A stretch of 44,000 bases of DNA from Octopus bimaculoides. Its lineage: Eukaryota. The notes below the pieces were generated by a model that was given only the letters and a program-made list of their open reading frames with translations, was not told the origin of the DNA and searched no databases. Below, piece after piece: positions 9,331 through 21,440 of the stretch. Position 1 is the stretch's first letter, and the number at the start of each line of letters is the position of its first letter. The stretch is from NCBI RefSeq assembly GCF_001194135.2, contig NC_068983.1, positions 94,007,417 through 94,051,416 on the forward strand, read 5' to 3'. The position numbers and the translations under genes were made by a program.

Positions 9331-9645
9331 AAAGGATAAGGGTAAAGACCCCCTTTGGTCATGAATGACCATGAGATTGCACCTAAATATTTACCTCTCT
9401 GAGGTACTAGTCTGGGCAAGATTGTTTATGGAAGACCAGCAGTGCCCATGCATACCGGCCTCCCCTCTCCATGTCAGTGATGTTATCCAAGAGAAAGGCA
9501 AAGGCCAATACAGCTTGGCACAGCTCAGTGAACTGGAGCAGCATGAAATAAAGTGTCTTGTTCAACAACACAACACACATCCTGGTCTGAGAATCAAACT
9601 CACTGCCTCATGATTGTGAGCCCAACACTCTAACCACTGAGCCAT
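9331..9645 (-). mobile_element. SINE family D
   Basis: Minus head ATGGCTCAGTGGTTAGAGTGTTGGGCTCACAATC (A box); tail GGTCATTCATGACC...TCTTTACCC; homologous to 42685-43126. Confidence 0.85.
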
Positions 9646-10111
9646 AGAAAGCAAAACATATGGTGATATATCCCTGGAACTGATATAACCTCTTTATCAG
9701 TTGCAAGTCATTGTTTAATAACTTCCCTCTTAACTGCCGTTACCCTCTCAGAAACTCTCTTAATATTCCCAGACTTTTTCTTCAATTGATAATATCTTTT
9801 ATTTAACCCAGCACTTCACTATATTATTCATTGTTTGATGATCTTTACAAAAAAAAAAAAAATTAAGTAATTATTTCTCTATTGAACTTCCACATTGATA
9901 TCAGCCAATGATTTGTGAATTCATTTATATATTTTTTCCCAACGGTTTTCATTATGTTTTACTGAATTAAAATTACAATTAACCCAAACACAATCAAGTT
10001 CATATATGTACTTGCAAAGAAGAGAAAACATACTTAATTAGAAAAATAAAATAAAATAAAAATCAACAGGGAGCTAAAAACATTTTGTAGGCCAATACAT
10101 ACATAAGTGAA

Positions 10112-10325
10112 GGCAGTGAGCTGGTAGATACATTAGCATGTCAGGCAAAATGCTTAGCAGTATTTCATCTGCTTTATGTTCTGAGTTCAAATTCCGCCGA
10201 GGTCGACTTTGCTTTTCATCCTTTCAGGGTTGATAAATTAAGTACTAGTTGCGTACTGGGGTCAATTTAATTAACTGGCACCTTCCCCAAAAATTTCGGG
10301 CCTTGTGCCTAGAGTAGAAAAGAAT
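10112..10325 (+). mobile_element. SINE family C
   Basis: GGCAGTGAGCTGG...GAGTTCAAATTCCGCCGAGGTCGACTTTGC (B box)...AGTAGAAAAG; homologous to 30190 and 31949. Confidence 0.9.
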
Positions 10326-10333
10326 ACATACAT

Positions 10334-10367
<34 letters not shown>

Positions 10368-11249
10368 CTTTGTGTTTTTGCAGGTGAATTAGCAAGAGAT
10401 TAAATTTTGTCTGTGCAATTTTCAGTAACATTTTGTTTTTCCCAATAACATTTAAGAAGCAGAAAGATTTTGATATGCAAGTTTGCAAATAGAAAAGATT
10501 TTGATATGCTTTACCAGGTAAAATTGCAAACTTTTTATGATAATTGTGATTCAGTGGATTAGCTTATTGAAAAAATCTAATTAAAAAATAGTACAGTCAG
10601 TGTGAGAGTTTGACTTTATATTCTACTAAAGTTCTGTTTTTACTCATTGTTTAAGGATAATTACTAAACTAAAACAACCACAAATTATTAAGAAGCCTTT
10701 GCTGTGCTATCCATTGCGAATAGCATATGATTTCACTTGAGAATATATTTAAATTGAAAATGAATGGTACTCTTTCCATTTAAAATATTTTAATCATAAC
10801 ACTTCCTGAAATGAACAACAATTTTCAATTATATAATTTCCTTTTTAATTATATAGTTTCCTTCGATTCTAATATGAACATAAGTTTAAATTCTTGTAGC
10901 TGCTGGGAGGGATTCTTGGTAGCAACATCACTTGATCAGTAAGCCAAATTTATTTCATCCCTGGCTTATCATCATGCTGTGTTCTCCATATGCCTCTTCT
11001 ACTGTAACTATAGTGAACTGTGCTCTTCTCTTACTGTCTTCCCTCCAGCTCTTCTTGAGTGTACTGTCTTTCCCTTTCTTATGACCCATCTATGTTATTC
11101 TCCTTATATTCAATTTCAATTCCCACTTGGCCCTTTCATGTCAAATACTACTTCCCATAGAATTCTACCAGGTTGAGTCAAAAGTGTTTTTTTTTGTTTT
11201 GTTTTTTTGTATTTCAAGCTTTAATCAATGGTTCAAACAGATTACTTAT

Positions 11250-11740
11250 GAAAGGCATTTATTCATCAGAATATATCCATCATATTCTTTTGTCTGTTGC
11301 CATCATTGTGCCAGAAGTTCAATTCCACATTTACACCATTTGGCTGGTTTAGAGGTAAAAAAATCTCCCTGCACCCATTTTCAACCTCATAAAGTTGAAG
11401 GAAAGGTGGTAATCTAATGGTACATGATCAGGAAAGGTGGTAATCTAATGGTACATGATCAGGAAAGGTGGTAATCTAATGGTACATGATCTGGACTGTA
11501 GATAAGGTGAGGCAACACTTCCAGCCCCTCAAGTTCCTCAAGTTTGCACTGGACTTTGATTTGTCTTCAAGGCTGGTGTCATCTTCCTTGAAATGCCTGA
11601 ACCAGTTTTGTGTCACACATTCCTTAACAGATCCTGAGCATTGTACATCATTAATTTCTTTTGCCACTACCCTTGCCCTCAGTCCTTTTTTCCACAGGTT
11701 GTATAAAATAGCCCTAATTGAAATTTTTCACCTCTCATTA
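11250..11740 (-). mobile_element. internally deleted mariner transposase remnant
   Basis: N-terminal HTH SIRAILYNLWKKGLRARVVAKEINDV...QNWFRHFKEDDTSLEDK, then EVLPHLIYSPDHVPLDYHL (YSPDLAPSDYHLF motif), then FTSKPAKWCKCGIELLAQ*W (mariner C-terminus). Confidence 0.85.
11399..11491. repeat. 31-bp exact tandem repeat x3
   Basis: AGGAAAGGTGGTAATCTAATGGTACATGATC occurs three times. Confidence 0.97.
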
Positions 11741-12678
11741 CCAAAGTAAAATAAAGAATAAACAATTAATATCAATAAGTTATATACAAAAATAAAGAAG
11801 AAACAATTCGACAAGTTGTATCAAATTAATGATATAACACGGAAATACATTTAGAAAATTACTCTCATGGAGATACAAGTTACCAAAAATCGTCAGTGAA
11901 AATCCAAAATAACTCAGCCTGGTATACCCTTCTTTTTATGCCCATCTTGCACTAATCTCCATTTTATCAAGCTCAACTATAACATTAACTTGACTGTTAT
12001 GTTGGGCCAATAAAATATTGTTGAGTTCTGAGCAGCTCCCTTCTCTGCAAGACTCAATATTGTTGTAAACTGATTGCCTGTTAGACTGCTAAACAGTCTA
12101 AGATTGACAGAAATGGTATTTCACTAAAACCTGTTAGGTTTGCTTGTGGCATGAATTAAGGTTTAAACTGTGTTTATCATTTTCGTTTCTACCAAATGAA
12201 TATATAAAATGGTTATACGCTAGATTAGATTGTTCTTCCCTGTGTAAATCACCAATCTGAAAATAGATAACATCTTTACTTTGTGCTTGAGTAATGCATT
12301 AGAAGCAACATCCTACTATAAAAACATTTGCTTTAAGATCACATTTATATCTATCTTTATACAACTATCCAACCATGATAGATTAAGGAAAAATTAATAC
12401 CAAAATGTTTAGAGGAAAAAGAAATTTTTTTTTAAATTGTACTCTAGACATATTAAAGATATTCTAAACAAATTTTAAAGTGTATTTACTTTAGTATTTT
12501 CATAATGGAGTTTTTTTTTTGTTTTTTGTTTTTTTATGAAATCCATTCAGAGTTGAGAAAATGACAATAAAATCTGAAAGTTCTGTTGAGGTCTAATTCA
12601 AGTAAACAGTTTTCAACTTATAGTTAAAACCATTGTTGTTGTTAAAAGTATTTTTCAATAATGATTCACTGCTTATGT

Positions 12679-12745
12679 ATCTAAATGTGTAAAAATCTAA
12701 ATGTATATATATCTAGATGTATATATATATCTAAATGTGTATATG
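12679..12745. repeat. short minisatellite (ATCTAAATGTATAT-like, ~4 units)
   Basis: Seen directly. Confidence 0.7.
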
Positions 12746-13873
12746 TATTTACACACACACACATACTGATTGGCTTACTATTAATGACAAGAATAACTCC
12801 TAACTCCCAGCCCAAAAAAAGAACTCAATTCCTTAAAAGTGGAGTGTTTATATAAGTAATATAGAATTATAAAGTGTTTCCTAGTTGTAATTCAATGTCT
12901 AACATTACCATCAGCCTTATCATTGTTCCTACATCTGTATTGAGACTAAATGCATGAACCACCTAACTCAATTTTGGTGGGATTGACTAACCTGCATTTA
13001 GGATTACTAAAGAAATTAACTTTGTGATCTGTAAGTGTCATAAATTTTGAAAACTCATTTCTCCTAAAGAAACCACGATGGAACCGAATTATGAAAAGAA
13101 CTTCATATCTTCAAAGGAGATTTATACAGAAACAATGGGTTTACAGTCACATATAACTTGAACATTCATGAGCTTGGTAGGTTTAGAAAAGATCTTATAG
13201 AGTTACTTAAGTGCAAGAATTAAAGCTGACATTAGCCTTATCATTGTTAATATGTTTTTATATTACTTTAAATTTAGAGATAAATAAATGTTCCTCCTAC
13301 CAAAAGAGACTATTTTATACAAATAAGGATTCAAACTGCCTGCTGCTACTCTTAGAAATTTAAACATTGGTTAATATACAGTATATCCTATTTATTTTCA
13401 GATAAGGTTGCATTCATTTGTGCTTTTCATTATTATAGTGAGGCCCTTCTTGATAGTAATCACTCAGCTAAAATGCAATACATGACCTACACCAATGATT
13501 CAATGCATAAGAACAAAGCATTCTAAGATATAATCCAGTATATAGTCTAAATTTTCACATTTACATTGCCTAAGGCATCTTGAATTTAACTTCTTTCCTT
13601 TCATTTTCTGACAAATCATATATATTATAAGCTTTTAACAGAATTACAATTAGAATAAGTGATTTACATTAAGCATTTCAATTCTGGAAACCTATCCTTC
13701 AACAATAATATAGTTTTTTCCCCTATTTGTAACCCCCAAAGTAATTTCCCCCTTAACAGTAATTGTCTATTCAAAGCTCTAATCTATTGTGCTAAACCTA
13801 ACAATTATAGTACCTCACAGACTTACATTGGTCTGCCCTAAAATTGCTTTAAAATTCGTTTTTATCAATATAA

Positions 13874-14012
13874 GCACAGGTATGGCTGTCTGGTAAGAAG
13901 TTTGCTTCCTAACCACATGATCCTAGGTTCAGTCCCACTGTGTAGCATCTTGGGCAAGCCAATCAAAGACTTGTGAGTGGATTTGGTAAATGAAAACTGA
14001 AAGAAGCCTGTC

Positions 14013-14095
<83 letters not shown>

Positions 14096-14280
14096 TGACC
14101 ATTGCTTGACAACCAGTGTTGGTGTGTTTACTTCCCTGCAACTTAGCAGTTCGGCAAAGGAGTGATAGAATAAGTACCAGGCTTAAAAGAAAATAAGTAC
14201 TGGTGCCATTGATTTGTTCAAATAAACCTTTCAAGGTGGTACCCCAGCATGATTAAAACAAGTAAAAGATGAAAGAAAGA
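13874..14280 (+). mobile_element. SINE family A with internal (TG)n
   Basis: Head, B box (GGTTCAGTCCC), GTGAGTGGATTTGG and 3' body are colinear with other copies. Confidence 0.9.
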
Positions 14281-15632
14281 TAGCAGTAGCTCAAATGAGC
14301 TTATATAGTGCAGACATTGTTTGAAGTTCTTACTTTATAATTACATATATCCGAATGATTAATTGAAACAGCAAAATCTACTAAAACTGGAACAAGACCA
14401 TAATTTTTGTTTTATCTTTTTTTATCTCCAATTTTTAAAATATTTCATTGCTACAAGTTACTTCCTTTATATTCTTATTTTTATTCATACCCAGATGCCA
14501 GCATACATCAATTTTTCATTATACGTTTTAATTTTTTTACATACCATGTATGTCGACAATAAGGTAACTGGGCATGTAGGATAGGACAACTGCCAAATTT
14601 TGACTTAGAATGTTTCAGACAATACTCATTATACAAGATGACTTTCTCCCCACCAAATAAACATGCTCATTTTTAAGTTTATAACTGTGTTTTTCATTCA
14701 GCATCACTTGAAAACGATGGTGGGGGATATTGTAAGTTCATTACAACAATCTCTAATACCCTGTTAATGGGTGCTGTTTTTTGATAGATTACTATATATT
14801 TATAAAAATTATATATGTTTGAAACCTAGGCATAAGTATCTATACCTATTAAATTTTATAAATATTTGTTGTAAAGATAATACTCTCTACCCAACAACTG
14901 AACTGAACTTAGCTGATGACTGTTCATAGCATTTACAACACCACTTCAATATAAATCTGAATCTTCTAAATGCAGTGCATTAGTTGTTTCATTAGAATTT
15001 GAGTGAAAGAAAGTATATGCTTATGAAAAGAAACTATATACTTATATTGAATTTATTAAAAAATATGAATATATTTAATAAATTCAATATAATACATTTT
15101 ATAATGAGTTTATATGCAATAAGTTTTAAAAAAACATATAAAGGCTAATATAATATTGACATTTATTTACCATTAAAACATTCTAAAATACTTTAATATC
15201 TTTAATAAAATCCATAGAATACAGTTTATAATGAATTTTAAAATTTTATTAGCAAATGATTAAAACATTTTAAAATTTTGTTTTCTTTCGAGCCTCCAAT
15301 GTTTTGCAACAGCCAAGTTTATGTTCCTGAACAACGTTTACTGCCTTCAACTAGAACCTGCTTCAAATTTCCTTCTTTTAATTAGTATGGCTTCAATATC
15401 TTGTAATAGCTAGATTCTAGTAATGTTACTCTGGAGAATGTTAATAATGATGTAAGAGCTCATGCCTTCCTATGTAGCTGTCATTAAACAACAAAGGCTT
15501 CAACCTGTGTTTAGTTAGCCTGATGTCTAAACTACCATACATATGCTAACAACTGGTTACATTTTGAAACTACCACTACCAGTCTATTACAGTTAATATT
15601 GTTAACAGCTTTTTTCCTTCCCTCAACATCTA

Positions 15633-16027
15633 GGCACAGGAGTGGCTGTGTGGTAAGAAGCTTACTTCCCAACTACATGGTTCTGGGTTCAGTTTCACTG
15701 CATGGCATCTTGGGAAAGTATCTTCTACTATAGCCTCAGGCTAACCAAGGCCTTGTGAGTGGATTTGGTTGACAGAAACTGGAAGAAGCCAATCATATAT
15801 GTAGAGATGTGTGTGTGTGTTTGTGTCTGTGTTTGTCCCCCCACCATTGCTTGACAACCGATGTTGGTGTATTTACATCCCTGTAACTTAGTGGTTTGGC
15901 AAAAAAGATCGATAGAATAAATACTAGGCTTACAAAGAATAAGTCCTGGGGTCGACTTGTTCGACTAAAGGCAGTGCTCCAGCATGGCTGTAGTCAAATG
16001 ACTGAAACAAGTAAAAGAATAAAAGAA
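15633..16027 (+). mobile_element. SINE family A
   Basis: Full colinear copy: GGCACAGGAGTGGCTGTGTGGTAAG...GACTGAAACAAGTAAAAGA. Confidence 0.92.
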
Positions 16028-16104
16028 TATATGAATTTCAGAGTGCTCCAGCAAAGCTGTGTTAATGAAATGTACCCATAGCTAACAGGTTTTTTTGTTT
16101 ACAG

Positions 16105-16208
16105 TGTATCTGCTCAGCTTTTGCCAATGGCAACATGATGATAGTTATGGAATTCTCTCTTGTCAAATATGGCTTTTATTGTCATCATGCAATCATACCT
16201 CGTATCAG
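16105..16208 (+). CDS. weak candidate internal exon
   Basis: CTAAC branch point, TTTTTTGTTTACAG acceptor, weak GTTATG donor. Two frames are open (YLLSFCQWQHDDSYGILSCQIWLLLSSCNHTSYQ or CICSAFANGNMM...). No homolog recognised. Confidence 0.25.
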
Positions 16209-16383
16209 GTTATGTATGCTGAGATTACTTTTATTACACTACACTCTTATTATTTCATTATAATGACATGAATCAAGCTGTTTCAGTGGAATATATTCGT
16301 GTCTGTAGTTACTATAGCAGAGTTTAATCTGCCATCAACTATCAACCATGCAAACAACTTCCCACACATCTTGATGTCTTAAA

Positions 16384-16555
16384 TAAAAAACAAAGGTCAG
16401 CTGACAAGCTTAACATATACAGTCAGTGCTCTAATGCCTAATTTGAGGTTCATATTTTACACTTGGAGTATAAAATAGACCTCTTCTTAATAACTTAAGT
16501 TAAAAAGAAAAGGTCACCTGACAAGTTAACATATATCAGTGCTCTAATGCCTAAT
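16384..16555. repeat. ~57-bp direct repeat pair
   Basis: AAAGGTCA(G/C)CTGACAAG..AACATATA..TCAGTGCTCTAATGCCTAAT at 16392-16442 and 16509-16555. Confidence 0.85.
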
Positions 16556-17129
16556 ACATTGCCATGTATAAACTATTCTTATCTATGTTAGACAGCCTCA
16601 CCCCTCATTTTCTAATGATGACTATATCAGTGTACCATTCACTAATAATATTCCTGTATTATTCCATATTAATCAACTAGCACTTATGATATTTAAGCAT
16701 TTTTACTCTCTGCTAATTACATTCCCAGTTCTATCTATTTTTCAGCTGCAAATAAATTGTATATGTGTGTCTGTGTTGTAACATCATCACCCTCACAGTA
16801 GCTTGCCACGTACCATGCTCTTTTATCATCTCTCATGCACAACAACAGGGAAAGACCTAACAATGTTTGTTGCTTTGACTGGATGCTCTTTCTCTCACCA
16901 ACTATTTTACAGCAAAGGTTGTCTGCATCAGGCCAAAGAGTGTGTGTGTGTGTGTTTGTGTGCACATAGAGAGAGATGGAGGGTGGGGGAGAGAGAATGA
17001 ATAAGAGAACCTGAGGAAGAGTAGACATGCTGAAATGTTACTACTGACCTCTAACATTTCCTTTTTTTTTTATTGTCATCAATGAAAATACGTATCTTAC
17101 TTTGTTTATTTCTCTTATTCTGTATGTGT

Positions 17130-17151
17130 CTCTTTCTGACTCTCTCTTCTG

Positions 17152-17208
<57 letters not shown>

Positions 17209-17377
17209 TATTATTATTAGTTGTTTCATTCCAGTGTGTAAACTAACAAAAGAAACATGTTACCATATGTGTGAGAGAGAGAATGTGTGTGTGAAAGTGT
17301 GTGTGTGTGTGTGCATGAGAGAAAGAAAGAATGTGCATGTGAAAGTGTGTATGTATGTATATGTTTGTGTACCAGGA

Positions 17378-17408
<31 letters not shown>
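17130..17408. repeat. compound (CT)n/(CA)n/(TG)n/(GA)n microsatellite field
   Basis: Seen directly. Confidence 0.9.
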
Positions 17409-17410
<2 letters not shown>

Positions 17411-18761
17411 TTTTTTTTTCCATCATAACCAGCTTGGTTATCTTTTTTATCTGTATTATAGCATATATATCATTATTCTATGAATGATAATTTTTAATCT
17501 ATTGTCATAATCTATGCTGCTTTGACCCTCCTCCATCTACTCCCATTCCCAGCTACCACATATGATAAGTATATATTGTAAAACTTTGATCACTGAAATT
17601 AGCAAAGAGATGGCAACATGAAAAAAAAGCCTTTGTTGTTGGTACAAAAGAAGTGAATATTAAGAATATCACTCTGGTATATAACTGACCAGGTACTGTA
17701 TTAGTGTGTCTAAAAACCAAATCATCTCCATGTAAATTGTTACTTTGTATTTGGCAATGATCCATTACTCCAGTGGTAGTTCCATAATGTTGGTCTGGTA
17801 CAAAGTAATAATAGCATACTTTTCATCAAAAGTATCTCATATAACATCTGTTATTCTTTTTATCTATTAGTTTCAGTTGCAGGTTAATTACTGCAGTGAA
17901 CTTTATTGTGTTCAGTGAAACAAATGATTAAAGAGAACAATAAAGATATGGTGTTAAGATCAAAACACCATAGACTTGTTATGTTCAGGATTATTTGAAA
18001 CATCAATAGTTTTGTCTTAAAAGCTACAAGGATATCATTAGTCAATCAGTCAGATTATCTAAACCTTCAAACTACAGGATGTGTTAGATAGCTTTAGATT
18101 TCCAATTAACATTCTTCTCTCATATGGAGTAAATCTGCTGTTGAAATCAATTTAAAATTTTACAATAATTTCTCATTATAAATCAGTAATATTGTTTTTG
18201 AATGTGACTCTCAGTTTAAATGGTAACAACCAAAATTGTTTAAAAATTATTAAACACCAATCATTTTCACTGAATCAATAGTAAATTTTGCAACTGTTGA
18301 TTCCTTTAAATTATTCATTTCTTCACTAACGTGTCTTGGCCATTTTGTTTAAACATTTGTTTTATAATTGTCTTCTATTTAACGATTGAATAGTTGGTAT
18401 TAGTAAGGTTGCCCAGCCATGAAATGTTTAATGAAAAATTTCATGTGAAATAATTTTTTTAACCAAAAAAATATCAGAAAAATATCAATTTCAATATCAA
18501 TTGCTGAGATGGGAGGAAAAAACTATTTTTTATTATTGCTAATCTTCGCACAATTCTTTGGAAGTCTGTTTGCAATGGTGAGTTGCACTTGTTTGATCTG
18601 TAATCTGGTCTGAGGTCATGAGCTATGGTTGATACAATTGCATTATGGTGGAATCTTTGTAACCTTTAAAAATTGATATGCAATCTTTATATTTGCTTTA
18701 TTTTATCACTTTGTAGCAATAAGAAGTAGTATTATGACTAATAACACACACACACATATAT

Positions 18762-19032
18762 GATAGACTCACCTGTCGAAGATGATGTATGAGTGTTCAG
18801 CTTTTGCCAAACGACCTGCACAAATGATTTGTTTATAGTGATCAAATGTCCATGCTGCACATTACCTCACTCTCACCATCAAATTGACATTGCCTGAACA
18901 GGTGCATGGTGTACCACACATCAGGTGTTCAAATGATTGCCAAGCAACATGAGATGAAATCCAGGAATTAAAATCAAATCACAATTGCTAGATCATAAAT
19001 GCTACACCCTAACCACTAAATCATGCGCCCTC
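18762..19032 (-). mobile_element. SINE family D variant
   Basis: Shares ATGATTTGTTTATAGTGATCAAATG and the head (CTAACCACTAA..CATG) with 42885-43126. Confidence 0.75.
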
Positions 19033-19077
19033 ACACACACACACTATCACATACACACACACACACACATATATATA

Positions 19078-19465
19078 GGCGCAGGAGTGGCTGTGTGGTA
19101 AGTAGCTTGCTTACCAACTACATGGTTCTGGGTTCAATCCCACTGCGTGACACCTTGGGCAAGTGTCTTCTACTATAGCTCTGGGCCAACCAATGCCTCG
19201 TAAGTGGATTTGGCAGATGGAAACTGAAAGAAGCCCATCGTATATATATATCTATGTGTGTGTGTATGTGTGTTTCCTCAACATCGCTTGACAACTGATG
19301 CTGGTATGTTTATATCCCCGTAACTTAGTGGTTCAGCAAAGGGGACAGGTAAAATAAGTACTAGGCTTACAAAGAATAAGTTCTGGGGTCGATTTGATCG
19401 ACTAAAGGCAGTGCTCTAGCATGGCCACAGTCAGATGACTGAAACAAATAAAAGAATAAAAGAAT
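19078..19465 (+). mobile_element. SINE family A, full length
   Basis: A box TGGCTGTGTGGTAAG, B box GGTTCAATCCC, internal (TA)/(TG), AAAAGAAT tail. Confidence 0.93.
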
Positions 19466-19869
19466 ATATATATATAAATATATATATATATAAATATATA
19501 TATATTGCTGTTGTAAAAATAACAATTTGAAATATTGAATACAGACAAACCACAATGGATTTGTTTCTTTTTAGAGTTTATAAAGTATGCCATTAGAGAG
19601 TATTTTGTTTGTATTTTTCTGGTTAACCAAATAAAGTTAAATTTATTGTTTGATCGATTTTAAAATAGAATGGTAGGAAAATTAAGTAAAGTTAATATGA
19701 TTAGAAGTTATTCAGAACAGTGCCCATGACCCTTCATGAGACCTACATGACTGATGAAAGCAAGAGTGTTCTCAAACCAGAAAACTGACTCAAATGTTTG
19801 CAACAGAGTAACTTCACCAAAAGCACCAAAAGGTCAGGTGGTGGTATTCAATGGTACAATGAATTAACT

Positions 19870-20165
19870 CTACCACCCAAGTTAGTCACAACAGAGTTTG
19901 AACTCAAAACACAAAGAGCTAGAGCAAATATTGTCAAATATCCCATCCAATGCTTCAAAAATTCTGCAAGTCCACTGCCCTAAACTGGTACTTTATTTGT
20001 CAACCCAGGAAGGATGAAAGGCAGAGTTGACCTTGGTTGGATTTGAACTCAGTATGCAAAAATTTGGAATAAATATGCAAGGCATTTTATCTGATGCACT
20101 AATGGCTCTGACATCTTCTCCCAAAATAAAGTTGACCTCAACAGACTTTGAACTCAGAATGCAAA
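19870..20165 (-). mobile_element. three tandem decayed SINE family C fragments
   Basis: The reverse B box TTTGAACTCA occurs three times (~19897, ~20042, ~20149), with GATGAAAGGCAGAGTTGACC. Confidence 0.6.
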
Positions 20166-20299
20166 AAGTTGTTGCTTTTAAATGATCTGAAATTACTACA
20201 GACGAGAGAACAAAATAATTATACTTCTATAAAAGAATTACTGTTCTGCATAAATTTTTGCATAAAGCTTTTGAAAAGTACAATAAGTTGTGATTGTCA

Positions 20300-20510
20300 T
20301 TGTTGTTTAGCCACAAATCAACTTTAATCCATCAAATCTATGACCAAAGGGATTCCTGTCATGATTAACACATGTTTTCAAACTAAGAGTATCTATGTCT
20401 ACATTATTCAATTTATCTTTCTTGCTTTTTAAGATGTAGAATGTGATCGAAGAATAATTTAGTTGCTGTTTCTAGTCAGTTGAACAACCATGTAGAGACT
20501 ATATTTTCAT
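20300..20510 (+). repeat. dispersed repeat family F
   Basis: TTGTTTAGCC...TATGACCAAAG...ACATTATTCAAT...TTGCTGTTTCTAG; related to 23620, 24925, 26778 and 35478. Confidence 0.55.
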
Positions 20511-21087
20511 GTTGTAGAGAGGGTTATGAGATGTCTGGAGCTAGATGAGTATAAGGAAGAAATTTTTTTGTAGTTTGATATATCTAGATAGTTCAGTGAG
20601 GCAGAAACTTATGTAGTAATGACAGAATGTGCAAAGGATGGAGACAGTAGATCAAAAGCTGAGCACTGAAAATGAAATAAAATCTAACAATCAATTCAAT
20701 AGCCATCTGAATTCAGTCTGGAAATATTGCAGATACAACATACCCAAGGATAAATTTGGTTATTAAGTAAAAAAAATCAGTTATATATTGCCAATGTATT
20801 TTTTACATCTTATTTTCCTTCCTAAAGGCCATCTTAGATTTTATAAGATTGTTGAAGATTGTTAGAACCATCCAACATTGGCTGACTGAAAGATGTAAAT
20901 AGTTGATGTGTTATAGTCATCTTTTCTTAATGTGCTAGAAGAAAATTTTCCAACATTTTCAGAGCCCTGATCACTTTTCTATATGGTGTTGTATTTTAGG
21001 TTGGTCAGCATATAGCATACATAGCATAAACATGTAATGATTACAAATAGGAAAAAATTACTGTTTGCATAGTATAGATATTGTTCT

Positions 21088-21440
21088 GACACCGCAACAT
21101 CTGGTAGATGGCTTTGTTTTGATACTACTACATCTGGTGGGTGGTTGTCTTCTTACACCACAATATCTGGTCTATATCTTTTCTTTGAGACTGCTACATC
21201 CAGTAGATATCTATCTCTTGACTGTGCTACATTTTGGTGATATCTGCTTCTGGTGAGTGACTGTCATATGACACTGCTACATCTGATTGATGTCTGTCCT
21301 CTGGCACTGCTATATCTTGTGGACTGCTAACTTCTGAAACTGTTGTTTGGGAAACAGCTAACTTCAGACACTAGTACATCTGATGAATATTTTTCCCCTA
21401 GCAAACAGCTGTCTTCTGATGAATATCTTGTGGACATGTC
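21088..21440. repeat. degenerate 33-bp tandem repeat, ~9-10 units, coding-like
   Basis: Units start at 21088, 21121, 21154, 21187, 21220, 21270, 21303, 21336 and 21367; core GACACTGCTACATCTGGT. Confidence 0.85.

Noticed and set aside
10900-10938. 39-nt candidate exon CWEGFLVATSLD
   Set aside because: Splice signals are plausible, but it is short, has a weak pyrimidine tract and no recognisable homology.
11270-11354. Exon-like segment (CAG...GAG|GTAAAA) on the plus strand
   Set aside because: It is the antisense of the mariner C-terminus.
11399-11491. CRISPR-like interpretation of the 31-bp repeats (and the 33-bp array at 21088)
   Set aside because: Repeats are contiguous with no unique spacers, there are no cas genes, and the context is eukaryotic.
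17011-17060. CTGAGGA...GAAA with a 6-bp stem III-like helix
   Set aside because: Stem II is only 2 bp and stem I cannot form; it is a plain 9-bp inverted repeat.
19078-19150. tRNA gene calls for SINE heads (here and other copies)
   Set aside because: A and B boxes are present, but there is no complete cloverleaf and each head continues into a shared SINE body.
19720-19865. Possible Tc1-like transposase relic (MTDESK...KRSGGGIQW)
   Set aside because: Only two short, loose motif matches.
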